Origin: Barthelona sp. PAP020
Taxonomy: Eukaryota
Reading direction: 5' to 3'
Assembly: GCA_040182905.1 (NCBI GenBank)
Contig: JARQWU010000069.1
Span: forward strand, 1-39,198
DNA: 39,198 bases
Position numbers and translations under genes: made by a program. Shown one piece after another: positions 34,001 to 39,198 of the stretch. The notes beneath the pieces were generated by a model, which was not told the origin of the DNA, did not search any database, and saw only the letters and a program-made list of their open reading frames with translations. The first letter of the stretch is position 1. Every line of letters starts with the position of its first letter.

Positions 34001-35896
34001 TTCAAAAATTTCAAATTGTAAAGAATTGTCCAATTCCAAATATTTTTCGGAAATTCCATTTTCTTCCAAATCCATCATTATTTGTTTAAATTTTTCAAAT
34101 TTATCAGAATTAAAATAGTTTTTTAAAGATTGGTCAACATTATTCAAGATTTTTCTAAATTCATCAACACTCTTTATCATAACAGTCAAAAATGTATCAT
34201 TCAACATTGTAAATATGATATCACTATGTAAATTTTGAAAGCCAACAAGTAAAGGAATGATGCTAAGATAATGGTTATCTGAATAAACTTTTTGAAACAA
34301 TTCATTTAAGTTTATGATGATCTGCTGAACTTTATGCTTGAATAAAGCAAATGAAGCTTGAAAAGCTAGAGGAGGGATAGAAAAAATACTGTTTGGATAA
34401 AAATCATATTCAATGATATTATTTGCTGGAGGTAATGAATCTATAAAGGCATCAAATAATTGTTTCAAGGGCATTTCAAGTTTTAAATAAATAGTGGAAA
34501 CGAACTCGTTAAATTCATAACCAACAATTGATGAAGGTGCTTGAATACAGGTTTTTATGAATTTAAAATCAGATAATATTTCACAAAATACTAAAATATC
34601 ATGTATCCTATCAGCAAAAGCATTCAACATTGCTAACAATTTTTGTTTCAACATTTCTCCATAACTTATCTCATTATTCTTTACATCATGCTTAGTTTGA
34701 TAAATATTATCCAATTTCAATCCATAATCGTGATATGTTCGATTGATCTTATTGAAGATACTGGAAATCATTTGTATATGAGAACATATTTTTGTTGAAT
34801 TCTGCAAAAAATAATTTATGTTTAATGGAAATTCAAAACCTTTCCCACAAGTTTTTGCTAAAACTTTTGTAATATCAGTTAAACATCCACAAACAACTCT
34901 TGCTAGAATATTCTCATAATCAAGAGTTGGATATTGTTCATTCACCAAATATAAAGCATGTAATAGACGATAAATATATTCATCCAAATTTTGTAAAGTT
35001 TTTTCATCGAATTCTTTGATTTTTTCCAAATCTTTCTGGTCAAACTTTTTCAATCGATAAATTTTGCGAATGAAAAGAAAAATATTCTTCTTCTGCTTTA
35101 AATTGTTTATAAAATTGATGTGATTCTTGATCGTTCGATTGAATGCTTGAATTTTACTAGATTTATTAATTTCAAGAAAATTCAAGACTAATTTAAAATT
35201 TTCATGTCTCAATTGTTCCAAAATGATTTCACTGGAATAAATCAATTCAAAAACTTCATCAATAGCAGAAAGTCCAAATAATTCTGGATTAAAACTAGAA
35301 AATTGCATTAATTTTTGAATCCATCCATCAATGAAACATTCAACAATTTCCATTCTTGTGTTTAACGCAAAATCACCTAATAATGCTAGATATGGAACAT
35401 AAAAACCAATTTCTCGACTATTTGTATCCAAATCACAATCAATAGATCTTGAATTCTGTTGATAACGATGATATGTCAAAGACAACTTTTTTGCATACTC
35501 TAATCTTTCTTTTTGAACATCATTTGGTAATGATTTTATATCTTTAGTTATTGATGATATTAAACTTGGTATTAAAGAAAAACCAAGACAACTATAATTC
35601 TTAAAAATGATTTGATTTGAATAATTTATGGATGAACCAAAAATAAACGAAGATTCATCAAAATAGTTAAATATTCTTAAAATATAATTGAATTGCAGAT
35701 TATTTGATGACGGACAACATTTAAAAACTCCAATTTTTTTATTTTCATCTTTGTAAATATAAATCAGTTTTCGGGTTTTATCTATCAATATTTGTTTCAA
35801 TAATTGTATGGAAGATTCGTCATGTAATAATTGTTCTAAAGTTTTTAATGGCAAATATTTGCCAATTATTGATTTAATTTCTTCTTTAATATCCAT
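19019..35896 (-). CDS. Highly divergent dynein heavy chain-like protein (5625 aa) with degenerate AAA P-loops
   Basis: Dynein landmarks in correct order: linker (ETLKAMNDHWLLKHLDF; CSRLLMLS ~ FPRFYFLS), AAA1 (PPLSPIQHEIF..GDNYNEK..IFMDIDSL), AAA4 end (FVRIKKNLQFCISVAP ~ RVRxNLHIVLCMSP), coiled-coil stalk with MTBD-like GIEELKKLARLQP, AAA5 (VHDPFG; IDGKVIQFHPKAKIFL), then APEETPLP and LLIIAVVRPDR (RPDR at 20966-20977). Confidence 0.85.
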   Translation of the reverse strand: MDIKEEIKSIIGKYLPLKTLEQLLHDESSIQLLKQILIDKTRKLIYIYKDENKKIGVFKCCPSSNNLQFNYILRIFNYFDESSFIFGSSINYSNQIIFKNYSCLGFSLIPSLISSITKDIKSLPNDVQKERLEYAKKLSLTYHRYQQNSRSIDCDLDTNSREIGFYVPYLALLGDFALNTRMEIVECFIDGWIQKLMQFSSFNPELFGLSAIDEVFELIYSSEIILEQLRHENFKLVLNFLEINKSSKIQAFNRTIKNHINFINNLKQKKNIFLFIRKIYRLKKFDQKDLEKIKEFDEKTLQNLDEYIYRLLHALYLVNEQYPTLDYENILARVVCGCLTDITKVLAKTCGKGFEFPLNINYFLQNSTKICSHIQMISSIFNKINRTYHDYGLKLDNIYQTKHDVKNNEISYGEMLKQKLLAMLNAFADRIHDILVFCEILSDFKFIKTCIQAPSSIVGYEFNEFVSTIYLKLEMPLKQLFDAFIDSLPPANNIIEYDFYPNSIFSIPPLAFQASFALFKHKVQQIIINLNELFQKVYSDNHYLSIIPLLVGFQNLHSDIIFTMLNDTFLTVMIKSVDEFRKILNNVDQSLKNYFNSDKFEKFKQIMMDLEENGISEKYLELDNSLQFEIFEIFGSKLVCWDNLYRYIVYIHDQIWNINFLANLRRLRLFAQETIDKGGDNIQIETSPSKANNVDNTSINANVEELLKKCNLLQKNVTELTTNFERSCLFIKSSVQNFFIQITHMILTSELIISNLAHQNPIVKGKNVKIAESKFLFEINLPNVFFRLSRDLKTCFRFVNLNKESFKAIFATEKLAKAQELAMQVVRITFIALRVSLLIDSFNNLITNYPIDVIGLINSHVLNVNQELLKAVGNLTYVSDNIYEFMSKTNGTLTDAVDRALDLKRILECTENFGDILQGHIFEGYYEGDDLLDALFSSSFTKIFLLEKHSTQLFKNLSESFDRLELSQGDPKWVKFVKFVQNTCIKHMKNGLISFLKTSSRYFSQDDEAFSLITHVKLRNNRIYCVPEPSQIPISKGVIGINIGDGMSSGNMKSDFLSRRLRAMNKNNKSVTASVDSPFVTKEVSVISSYTEEDNMNEQQKTEKAMALKNIFSRQIIPRVFISPKGIPVIKEYIKNDNRMTLLDVAYSFVQMLQIILQSIVLPSPLALSKQKISHQVLATPRGQESRIVQLASKYEESKEKQKTKLHADADVKLDLFAKLFSQPSVIDELQKFLFVLQQINSSLQVYLKKIASDFSLLLIPSETKLLDALIKDVRTEKVDTTLKKNSIKTIHKKYIQIFTKVLNIEKLLILYKTRKRINCLHVLSESCIFSLKDLFYKLIQAFNDTSTNYFKNLVVIAKNIIVDSRPHLNVLNNPVVYMSSHLEQHFDSVCESILHVYQFNDSVPGILAVQNFLESVIELITVTNSQANSINYNTTSKEDLQSLTTDRTALSCANSNYSFNCNENSNIGLLNFFIELLNIFQKDFILNRKLTTKFMEDHGELILPATNELKKRQKKLIGDIEVFSAKIQNIFPFVEKNTSVFSKNGYLKINNAKLLIEDYIDKLKELQNQETRLNAMSSILNQNILKNKQLKEILKKLQNFWYVFDSWLHYCEVFKTTHYHTIFDKSGQDGIDDILIISEKIQTLENFEYFYGLFPKFFFPLIHVKDVKKIILELIELNLCENDLERVREFLNIKNFKIRYFITKITEDFENVENNLRDINKLIQLIKEEMKAKETLKAMNDHWLLKHLDFNSHKILLNSSTWLYYPLKRKYDAAQAKAKEEKRILMEQTKKRRLLDQQRKLIKWKMEAILAESKIRNIQKRKVDDKEENLNKMFRKIRKLNQDSKNHLHYPLLVQRQFRKWVCMKAYENDEEILERRKYVQKVIREEEYYITIQRYCKGYLCRNMILNESLKNNNGNDETLTEIETGNKVGKNDFSPDFELPFIEGFSLLELEVNDSSVHDVTMEFDLFENIGDWRISAPVIKSIDESCKILTQLRTLHVVEDDVIKLQRQFIDIRNFCEVLGRLAFLIEISFSIFSSEKFERYDDEEFLKNIDLYYECYLKYTKIMNFFSSLKCLLDVDAHLHLIQDCNILFVQTAKAVKPIFIKMFDHACEECSRLLMLSLTQYVTFEYCILRATTLMENNFVLKSYIPIVQTIHSCLIVCYPDISAFIFHQGAITHLVYANFYSYDETLSKVSSSISSFNQLTNSNNPFLNQSTNTLSSIVTSNTSASSKNLRALSYEHTVLSTGIRIYGSITAFDLVSNLLKIIQETVHLMISNTQTYLDALLENPIPTDFVDYCLNQSMSLGRVTFAHVLQRTLSQFTSEQAAMFAYDTFVDISKRIKLVGSEQSVKRLKQLAYICVPFLVEHRIFDYFNCAFTQVVIDENANNQDFLEQNISMLQDNLIDEIGIAEVEEEYDDDEIEVHPFLTWFEETLNDKDASKYSQIFKRKIPYWPAYYFLSSGTAYPVFSKNSCLSLMKPNHGRSPLPFDLGTSFSAYELPPLSPIQHEIFMMCMSIYKQPALYPLFVGDNYNEKLELSRVFTQVFMLEHMFVNVLEIENRMIRHNGGIHDEEFFKIACERFIKFCTLNQIFLIFMDIDSLPQWSLVILRETIRSFKPKCLFVSKEVHPAISGICQPISIDVFRANSLNSISSSIVTNTLLCHYPRIGDAIIQLEETLLSTISNAQTIGIIKVIDHFFIERYCKSVYYVMEKITDGFTKKLTDENSTIAIGIVLYQFIKNECAFKLDYFSGLNSMVNSNLLVSTILFSICNDVRSILGYKIPNGVDMIEMKYIINKEMADLYSNDEDSIKQITSLYSNLNTYDQIVFIGRSLVVADLAWDLRQILPPYFNRLSKRTGSKCLFFLFVADLSLSLNAQRIIDKLVNQFSTRVSKKIASTVSENSKQDINVIISVFFCRRITSFSIIFQDNFITRFKDSICRSVCDQISSMSVKVTVRPLVFYLLDKDQIGDDILADVYIRPNNSERLEIQVDDVCSVRNDFDVQSLLAGSGVLDWSSLTRIEKLPLKYSTSWSFIEAIKKINYDNLLIDRNGFINIFIKCMNIQETISEQYELPGFSLSQLYTCTLNTIGNMLKTMIIDEQNRFVFYDRNLLLLWIFLHIIQLSVTVTNHSLVTNVQMLDTYLFENYPVFRGCFNGNLIQLINVVPKSYHDSFFDVIGENIPSAYLDILSAKLENPEPLLFGFTHEIRFYEYSQLLKKLGKKLSVDSLTLHQLITHDEIIKQLCYAYPSTFKGQYGFESRKIVNILVVRNYQFITDDILTLFCRIVRHGRVFDSHMNEFVFPKLHIIFMGHLDASPSHPWSSTFTTLTVSPIEFSFIYSSFANSAKTISPIYLYRWFDLHTEDISSLIINALIFFVDALELSFAQTSHTPFLFFTDNILKPILEGIGTLDLNPGNPVVSGLALALFIARFLSEPRSRLSSSTRVFNDALNKVIASFPPSARESLPVEPRDVLLIPIEVVEMLQKEGRFKKPIHDSTISIGNFVLITDFNSFRRRLFRHFVNISGLQYASPECITFIAYFMFLLSLPNNHMILMCPVQDAIFPWVETANILLKKSKAFDRTIIHTRDRDSHDFSKLADNIFTNVIVKNTKILLHVKARHLQQCSLDKTLTFIPFVNELIHLIASDVDSIEPFSNSQHLLLKPYLMKIIDSNPELLDEALKILREEADKLQMSLLIKQKKKYSRVEKLMKQKNYASQSSTRAFSKFDNSAVNSERNSQNINKSNHRYQNLVQEVINFRNQQLLDGIDHNMDDDDADFIDIDPLWYLIFVRIKKNLQFCISVAPEYISNPIFYTCISESFNYCHPFDLPPNTLENTVFAVSDTLLRFEAEVVKCLRTKQPDKCSIPLHNITLSQFNSLMTPLDRDNVCYHLAIVFQTSINAEKQSLCKDIRELNSFETSILSETQDHVNWIIVNEQLLKNYVRFFFSMLIFACTKQEIKYNQLSNAIKFVEWIGSEELQRRNEVTKVLGEFKNMELNLTECIQQLGFSQIRERELTVNYEEIEEEVKIVKKDLDEVINELSILENTIKPLEEQFKMVNNELMNPFNNTNLVEGIEELKKLARLQPPLSNLIITIHNLKTNHFNENINIFSLLLNFKTCLTNYSLFQSLMNEILSHDFEETFLLRCTTVVLNDFDALITHSNGFVQKLIKMIKLLVDLNKTKNPVCQIQNKLQEKQMLFDLVHSRLLDTERALKDSIKKTKKLTQDVVEFSRNTTTQQDIIKENTELANILESINTWTRNYSVGWYEQINDMKEQPNNSTQNLGPNNLQHGNHESQFRLKAIQSGFATPNFEGNYFAEDGREFNKIFNFVPKRNDYSSIPLAISAISASFACILIQFEDKFRRILLQTILTDLGERNLLPLKLALDLDEVCALAMSFMLEYNQFWDKCVMKEFIVPKETVFINDLVSTLNIPFELKKDISVGNMEGQIIGNETENQTHNETENQNQIDNFNGDEHNDYSDDVITYDFDKSQDEFNNVELPSHDDDLYDPFFDDGMALESEASNKGHNNDLSFLINSLGEDLRLLEGKVFQTPNFAPFCIATETVSNILWLPLSSESIVFVHDPFGLIDQLLGILHSGAKTTSIGDSKFHEKLLAVLKDGGVLCIPDLSYVLGMPDILYDVVKTFQVGKDTLTIDGKVIQFHPKAKIFLCYVETPFMMPYRNLLFYRRSPWVNLSISSSELQDLQCLLMLSRINPKLGDTVVNIFELYLFVKKQLTDHNKDIVRLVSKLPTEAQTIFDMNILKRLEPVHRKQNILVSMLEILESIVIALKKIMAQVFCLPAQLNSSIAIAFHNYANQSGLWSCNVNTRYLVHKTMHMWKHLNTADQQSWYNLHCFSEDNCKIPDSFAMLTNRIFESVLSKLPDQHHRLIIALFMAVEARFIDGRLLGLLGRSGQSDYELDDLLESISPNTVEQFHIMLQNHSDEFKDWMSCSAPEETPLPFENLEDVNLFEVLLIIAVVRPDRTPYALNKYIEQVLRQPALTLRVTSQVFDFRLRGETSTLSSIDRDELAHVVVLPQQLADEVPNTALVVTKENKNKIQEMTNAECFVMYNVDLEPLTALELAHQAQPYQRIFLLSSSNNIFSVPEVIRRLSASNYTNTQLSFRTWPFAISLATKSLFFQTLMFSSSLVDHEYPVQTIMAMALSHTVITLIANVSSIRIPSMGQFSHAVHRLVEANEHNTPINYIVKSIVSKCYLHYCSPSVFEQVIGNIISEFFNLHRKTFLDVEDGLPVPCTELQMCRTGSFLFENDKALNKLIDVIQDRFGLSEASPDLLPTFLYDLKRICKYTDVLTLQTNTSSQLAKSANYFKSEIEIPIVLHKNVELCNDVTATSALLCLEGETQEFLRKKTFIELDRLDKVSKGTYSPFILSFYFLTHLFSIGCVPFSWLRIFRPLEWLSSPANGRGKAIEKYMSSRAQIQLMETISCGIDWLNDLSMQKKVSSMHKQFNEMNLPFNCITLREMTIYIALFNFSKQYNSANIDDFTVVFMEERSVEFFLEVTKIHQTNEINTPNYQVERLFNFTNCVALGVSSDAKYFIHYQTGNSLIFDNLHGYAIHKTILKVIKDNCFPIRMYSDAIRNRDQIYYIFGYEFDDMSMNSGYLNTILLADVTNS
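22521..22562 (-). repeat. 18-nt direct repeat at 24-nt period inside the dynein-like CDS
   Basis: tgattttctgtttcatta at 22521-22538 and 22545-22562, encoding NETENQ-TH-NETENQ in an acidic insertion. Confidence 0.85.
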
Positions 35897-36262
35897 ATTA
35901 TTATTAATTTTTCATAATTTCACAGTTTTAAATTATATCAAAACCGATATTTCAAAAAATACAAATTAACCTTCCTTTTTTTTTTTTTTTTTTTCTTCCC
36001 TTTTTTTTTTTTTTTTTCCCCTCCATTTTTTCTTTGAAACAAATCAGATAATGACATATTTTTATCAAAATCAACAAAAAAATTAAATACAATTGTTAAC
36101 ATTTACAAATAGATAAACAATTTGATTATTGTTTTTCAAAAAGTTTATAAAAATTTTAGGTAATGAAATATTCAAATACCAATATTACAAAATTCAATCG
36201 TAAACACACTTATAAAAAAAATACAATCCAATTTAATGGTCTATCAACAAATCTCAACCCAA

Positions 36263-38536
36263 TTATTTGAATTTTACCAGATCCAACTCACGTTTTTGTT
36301 TAGATTTCAAAGAATTTATTTGATTGCTTTCAATTCTTTTTTGAGATTCAAAAATTTTGACAAGTCGCTTTTGTTCATTTTCATTTTCTACTTCTGTCAT
36401 TAATTTATTTCGTTCTTGTTCATTTAATTGATGTTTTTGGATTAATGAAGACATTTCTTTAGTATGTCTTTCAATTGTGGAACGAATTTTATCTCTTTTT
36501 GATTCTTTTGTAGAAGGAACATAGTCATACTTATTTTTCAATTTTGGTTTTGCAACAATCTTTTCAGAACTCAATTTTTCAAATCCAGAATCCTTAACTT
36601 GAGATCTAGGATGAGAAATCGTTTCAATTTGAGGTTCATCATTAAAAAATTCAGTATCCCTTGACTCTCTTTTTCTGAAAGAATCTGTTGAAGATGTAAA
36701 CTCCATATTTTTGTTTCCATTAGACGGAGTATCATAACTGGAAGAAACAGTCTTTTTTTGCGATTTTAGAGATGATCGTGATGATTGTGATGATCGTGAC
36801 GATTTGACTTTTGTGCTGGATCGATAAGCATAAGGAGAACGATAATCTGAAGATGAATATTCAGTTTTAGGTGAAGAACTTGTTGAATTAATGGTTAAAT
36901 TGAAAGATTTTCTTGTACTTTTATTCAAAGAATCATTAAATTTTTCTTTTTCTAAATAACTCTTGTGGGCAAGTTTTTTTCGTTCTTTCAAAACAATTTC
37001 TTTATTTTTTTGCATCATTAAAGCTACTTGTTCCCTTTTTTTTTGTTTCATCAATAATTGTGCTTTTTTAGCCTCTTCTTCCTTTAACATACGGTTAATA
37101 TTATCATTTACATCCATTTCTTTGATTTTATGTTGCAATAATGTATTTGCGCGACTCTCTAATAATGTACTTCTTTGTTCATCGTATCTTTTTTGTTTTT
37201 CCTCTTGTTCTTTCATAAACTTCATCCTTTCTTTTTCTTCTTCTTCATGCACTCTATGACATCTTTCTTCGGATTCTTTTTGCTTTCTTATAGAAATAAT
37301 CGCTTTTTCATGCATCATAACTCTCTCCTTTTCCCTTAGACTTTCTAATCTCCTGTCAGTTTCCATTTGTTTTTCCATTATCTTCTCCAAACGCTCTTTA
37401 TCAAACAATTTTGCACGTTCAATAGCAGCTCGTCTTCTTTCTTCTTTTTCCTTGTTTTCGTCATGCTTTTGTTTCAGTTCTAATTCTTTTTTAAGTTTAA
37501 ATTCAATTTGTCTTTCTTCTGCTTCTCTTTGTTTATCCTCATATTTAGCTTCAAGTGCTTTATTTCTCGCAATTTCACGACGCTTATTCTCTTCCATTCT
37601 TTGTTGATGAAGATGAGCCTGCATTTCTAATTCATGTCTCTTAGCATTTCTTCTTTCTTCCATTTCTCTCTCACGATTTTCTTCCACTTTTTTCATTTCT
37701 TTTAATTTCTTTTCCAACTCTTTGGTTTCTTTCAATCTCATATTTTCAACATGTTGCCTGCGCTCTTCAGCTTGTTGCATGCGTAATTTACTTTCTTTTC
37801 TTTTCTTCTTCTGCTCCTCCAGCTTCTTTCTGTTCGCTTCATTTAATATTTGTTGTTCATGCTCATATTGTAATTGTTGCTCCCTATGTTGACGCTTTCT
37901 TTCTTCTTCAAGTCTTTTTAGTTCCATTTGTTTTTGAAAGAATTGTTCACGTGCAGCAATTCGTTTTTTTTCTTCCAAATCCCTTTGTTTTTCGATTTCT
38001 TTTGTTCGAGCTTCATCTTCTTTCGCTTTCCATTCAGCGGCTTTTCTAGCCTGCTCAATTTCATATTTCATCATTTGATTCATATCATGTTCTTGCTTTC
38101 TTCGAATTTTCTCTAACCTGTATTGTTCTTTGGCAATAGAAGTTGCAATTTCATTTTCATTGAACAGGATATTAATGTTGTCATCTTCACAATTATTTCC
38201 ATCAAATAAATGCGTAAATTGAATATCATCTGCACAACACAATTCATTGTATTTTTCCTGAATACTATTTAGCTTATATATTCTTCTTTCATTAAAATGC
38301 TCATATAAAATTTCATAATCATGTTTTGAGAACTTTCCTGGGTTTTTCTTCATAAAAGATTCAAATGGTACGAATTTTAAATCTTGAAAATCATACCCTA
38401 ATCGAAAAGCAGCTTCCAAAGATCTGGGACTTTTAGGCAAAGTAGCTTTTGGATCTTCATAATCAAAATCTAAAATTGATATCAAATTATCATTTTCATC
38501 TTCACTATATTCATTTAAACGAATATTTTCAGACAT
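36263..38536 (-). CDS. Uncharacterised E/K/R-rich coiled-coil (trichohyalin-like/SAH) protein, possibly cytoskeletal or flagellar
   Basis: The track start at 38551 is TTG; the first ATG is at 38536 (MSENIRL). N-terminal SPRSLEAAFRLG motif, long charged helix, Ser-rich linker and C-terminal helical block KRLVKIFESQK. Confidence 0.8.
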   Translation of the reverse strand: MSENIRLNEYSEDENDNLISILDFDYEDPKATLPKSPRSLEAAFRLGYDFQDLKFVPFESFMKKNPGKFSKHDYEILYEHFNERRIYKLNSIQEKYNELCCADDIQFTHLFDGNNCEDDNINILFNENEIATSIAKEQYRLEKIRRKQEHDMNQMMKYEIEQARKAAEWKAKEDEARTKEIEKQRDLEEKKRIAAREQFFQKQMELKRLEEERKRQHREQQLQYEHEQQILNEANRKKLEEQKKKRKESKLRMQQAEERRQHVENMRLKETKELEKKLKEMKKVEENREREMEERRNAKRHELEMQAHLHQQRMEENKRREIARNKALEAKYEDKQREAEERQIEFKLKKELELKQKHDENKEKEERRRAAIERAKLFDKERLEKIMEKQMETDRRLESLREKERVMMHEKAIISIRKQKESEERCHRVHEEEEKERMKFMKEQEEKQKRYDEQRSTLLESRANTLLQHKIKEMDVNDNINRMLKEEEAKKAQLLMKQKKREQVALMMQKNKEIVLKERKKLAHKSYLEKEKFNDSLNKSTRKSFNLTINSTSSSPKTEYSSSDYRSPYAYRSSTKVKSSRSSQSSRSSLKSQKKTVSSSYDTPSNGNKNMEFTSSTDSFRKRESRDTEFFNDEPQIETISHPRSQVKDSGFEKLSSEKIVAKPKLKNKYDYVPSTKESKRDKIRSTIERHTKEMSSLIQKHQLNEQERNKLMTEVENENEQKRLVKIFESQKRIESNQINSLKSKQKRELDLVKFK

Positions 38537-38681
38537 TTTAAAAAGTCTCAATAAAAAATCAATGAAAAAAATTCAAATTTACATCAACTAATATAGCCAC
38601 AAAATAATGACAAAATTAATTTGAAAATACAATAAAAAGGTAAACGCGAATAAAAATATATAAAATTGAAGCAAACACAAC

Positions 38682-38903
38682 TTATGAATCTTCAAATTCT
38701 TTAAATTCATCTCTGATTTGTTTCAAATTATTCAATAATTCATCCACTTGAGACAAATCCAATTCATAAAGTTGTTTTTCAATTTTCTCCTCTTCAGTTT
38801 TAGTAACAAAAGCCAACTTACAAACGGGTTCACAAACATTTAATTTAGATTCATCTGAAATCACCACATCAACTTGCCAATTAAAATCGATCAACTCTGC
38901 CAT
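38682..38903 (-). CDS. COMM-domain-only protein (COMMD6-like architecture)
   Basis: LIDFNWQVDVVISDES....EPVCKLAF...YELDLSQVDELLNNLKQI matches the COMM pattern LxDxxWRVDxxxSS...PxxxLxL...ELxxxxxxxLxxxLxxI. Confidence 0.85.
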   Translation of the reverse strand: MAELIDFNWQVDVVISDESKLNVCEPVCKLAFVTKTEEEKIEKQLYELDLSQVDELLNNLKQIRDEFKEFEDS

Positions 38904-39044
38904 GTTAAATCAGAAAATTAATTTTTTGTCATTTTCTTTTTAAATACAACCCATATATTTTATATAATAAAAATCATGTGCAAAACAATGGTGTAATGAT
39001 AATAAAATATCCTTTTAATTGGTAATTTTTTTTTTTTGTGAGAG

Positions 39045-39198
39045 ATGTCAAATATTGAAAAAAAGACGACAAAAAATACAGATACTATTGTTGATTATAG
39101 TTTGACTTCACAATTACCTTTACCAAAACCTGAATTTCCCACATATCCAAAATTTATTCAATATTCATTAACTACAAAAGAATTATTGAATTTAGATT
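39045..39198 (+). CDS. 5' end of a CDS running off the window; weak Paf1-like N-terminus
   Basis: Open frame from ATG 39045 to the window end: MSNIEKKTTKNTDTIVDYSLTSQLPLPKPEFPTYPKFIQYSLTTKELLNLD. LP..P..PKFIQY recalls Paf1 LPDIPFDPKFITY. The CDS is likely; the identity is weak. Confidence 0.55.
   Translation, partial: MSNIEKKTTKNTDTIVDYSLTSQLPLPKPEFPTYPKFIQYSLTTKELLNLD

Noticed and set aside
35971..36030. Long poly-T tracts as terminators or retro-element tails
   Set aside because: Homopolymer runs occur in nearly every intergenic spacer here; there are no target-site duplications or element ORFs.
8412..38116. Many 60-105 aa ORFs nested in or antisense to the large CDSs
   Set aside because: They overlap well-supported genes, often start at non-ATG codons and have shadow-frame composition.
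1..39198. Alternative genetic code, CRISPR arrays, transposases, tRNA or rRNA genes
   Set aside because: Multi-kb ORFs read in the standard code and end in TAA; no repeat-spacer arrays, transposase or RT motifs, or tRNA/rRNA signatures were seen.

Overview
AT-rich, gene-dense, intron-poor eukaryotic DNA, most likely from a flagellated protist. The genetic code is standard and all complete CDSs end in TAA; the lineage cannot be fixed from this window. Left to right: (1) a >=1972-aa minus-strand multi-pass membrane calpain with DEK1-like architecture, absent from the ORF track because it runs off the window, whose catalytic triad appears lost; (2) an EFHC/RIB72 DM10 axonemal protein whose 5' end needs a 42-nt spliceosomal intron; (3) a 2949-aa protein with a processive GT2 synthase module embedded behind about 1960 aa of acidic and TPR-like sequence; (4) a ~0.9-kb intergenic stretch with two tandem, heavily base-paired ~370-nt elements that look like unidentified ncRNAs; (5) a YIPF1/2-like protein; (6) a 5625-aa, extremely divergent dynein heavy chain with no intact P-loop and an IQ-motif insertion; (7) a coiled-coil protein; (8) a stand-alone COMM-domain protein; (9) the 5' end of a possible Paf1-like gene. 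All family assignments come from motif recognition by eye; no searches were run.
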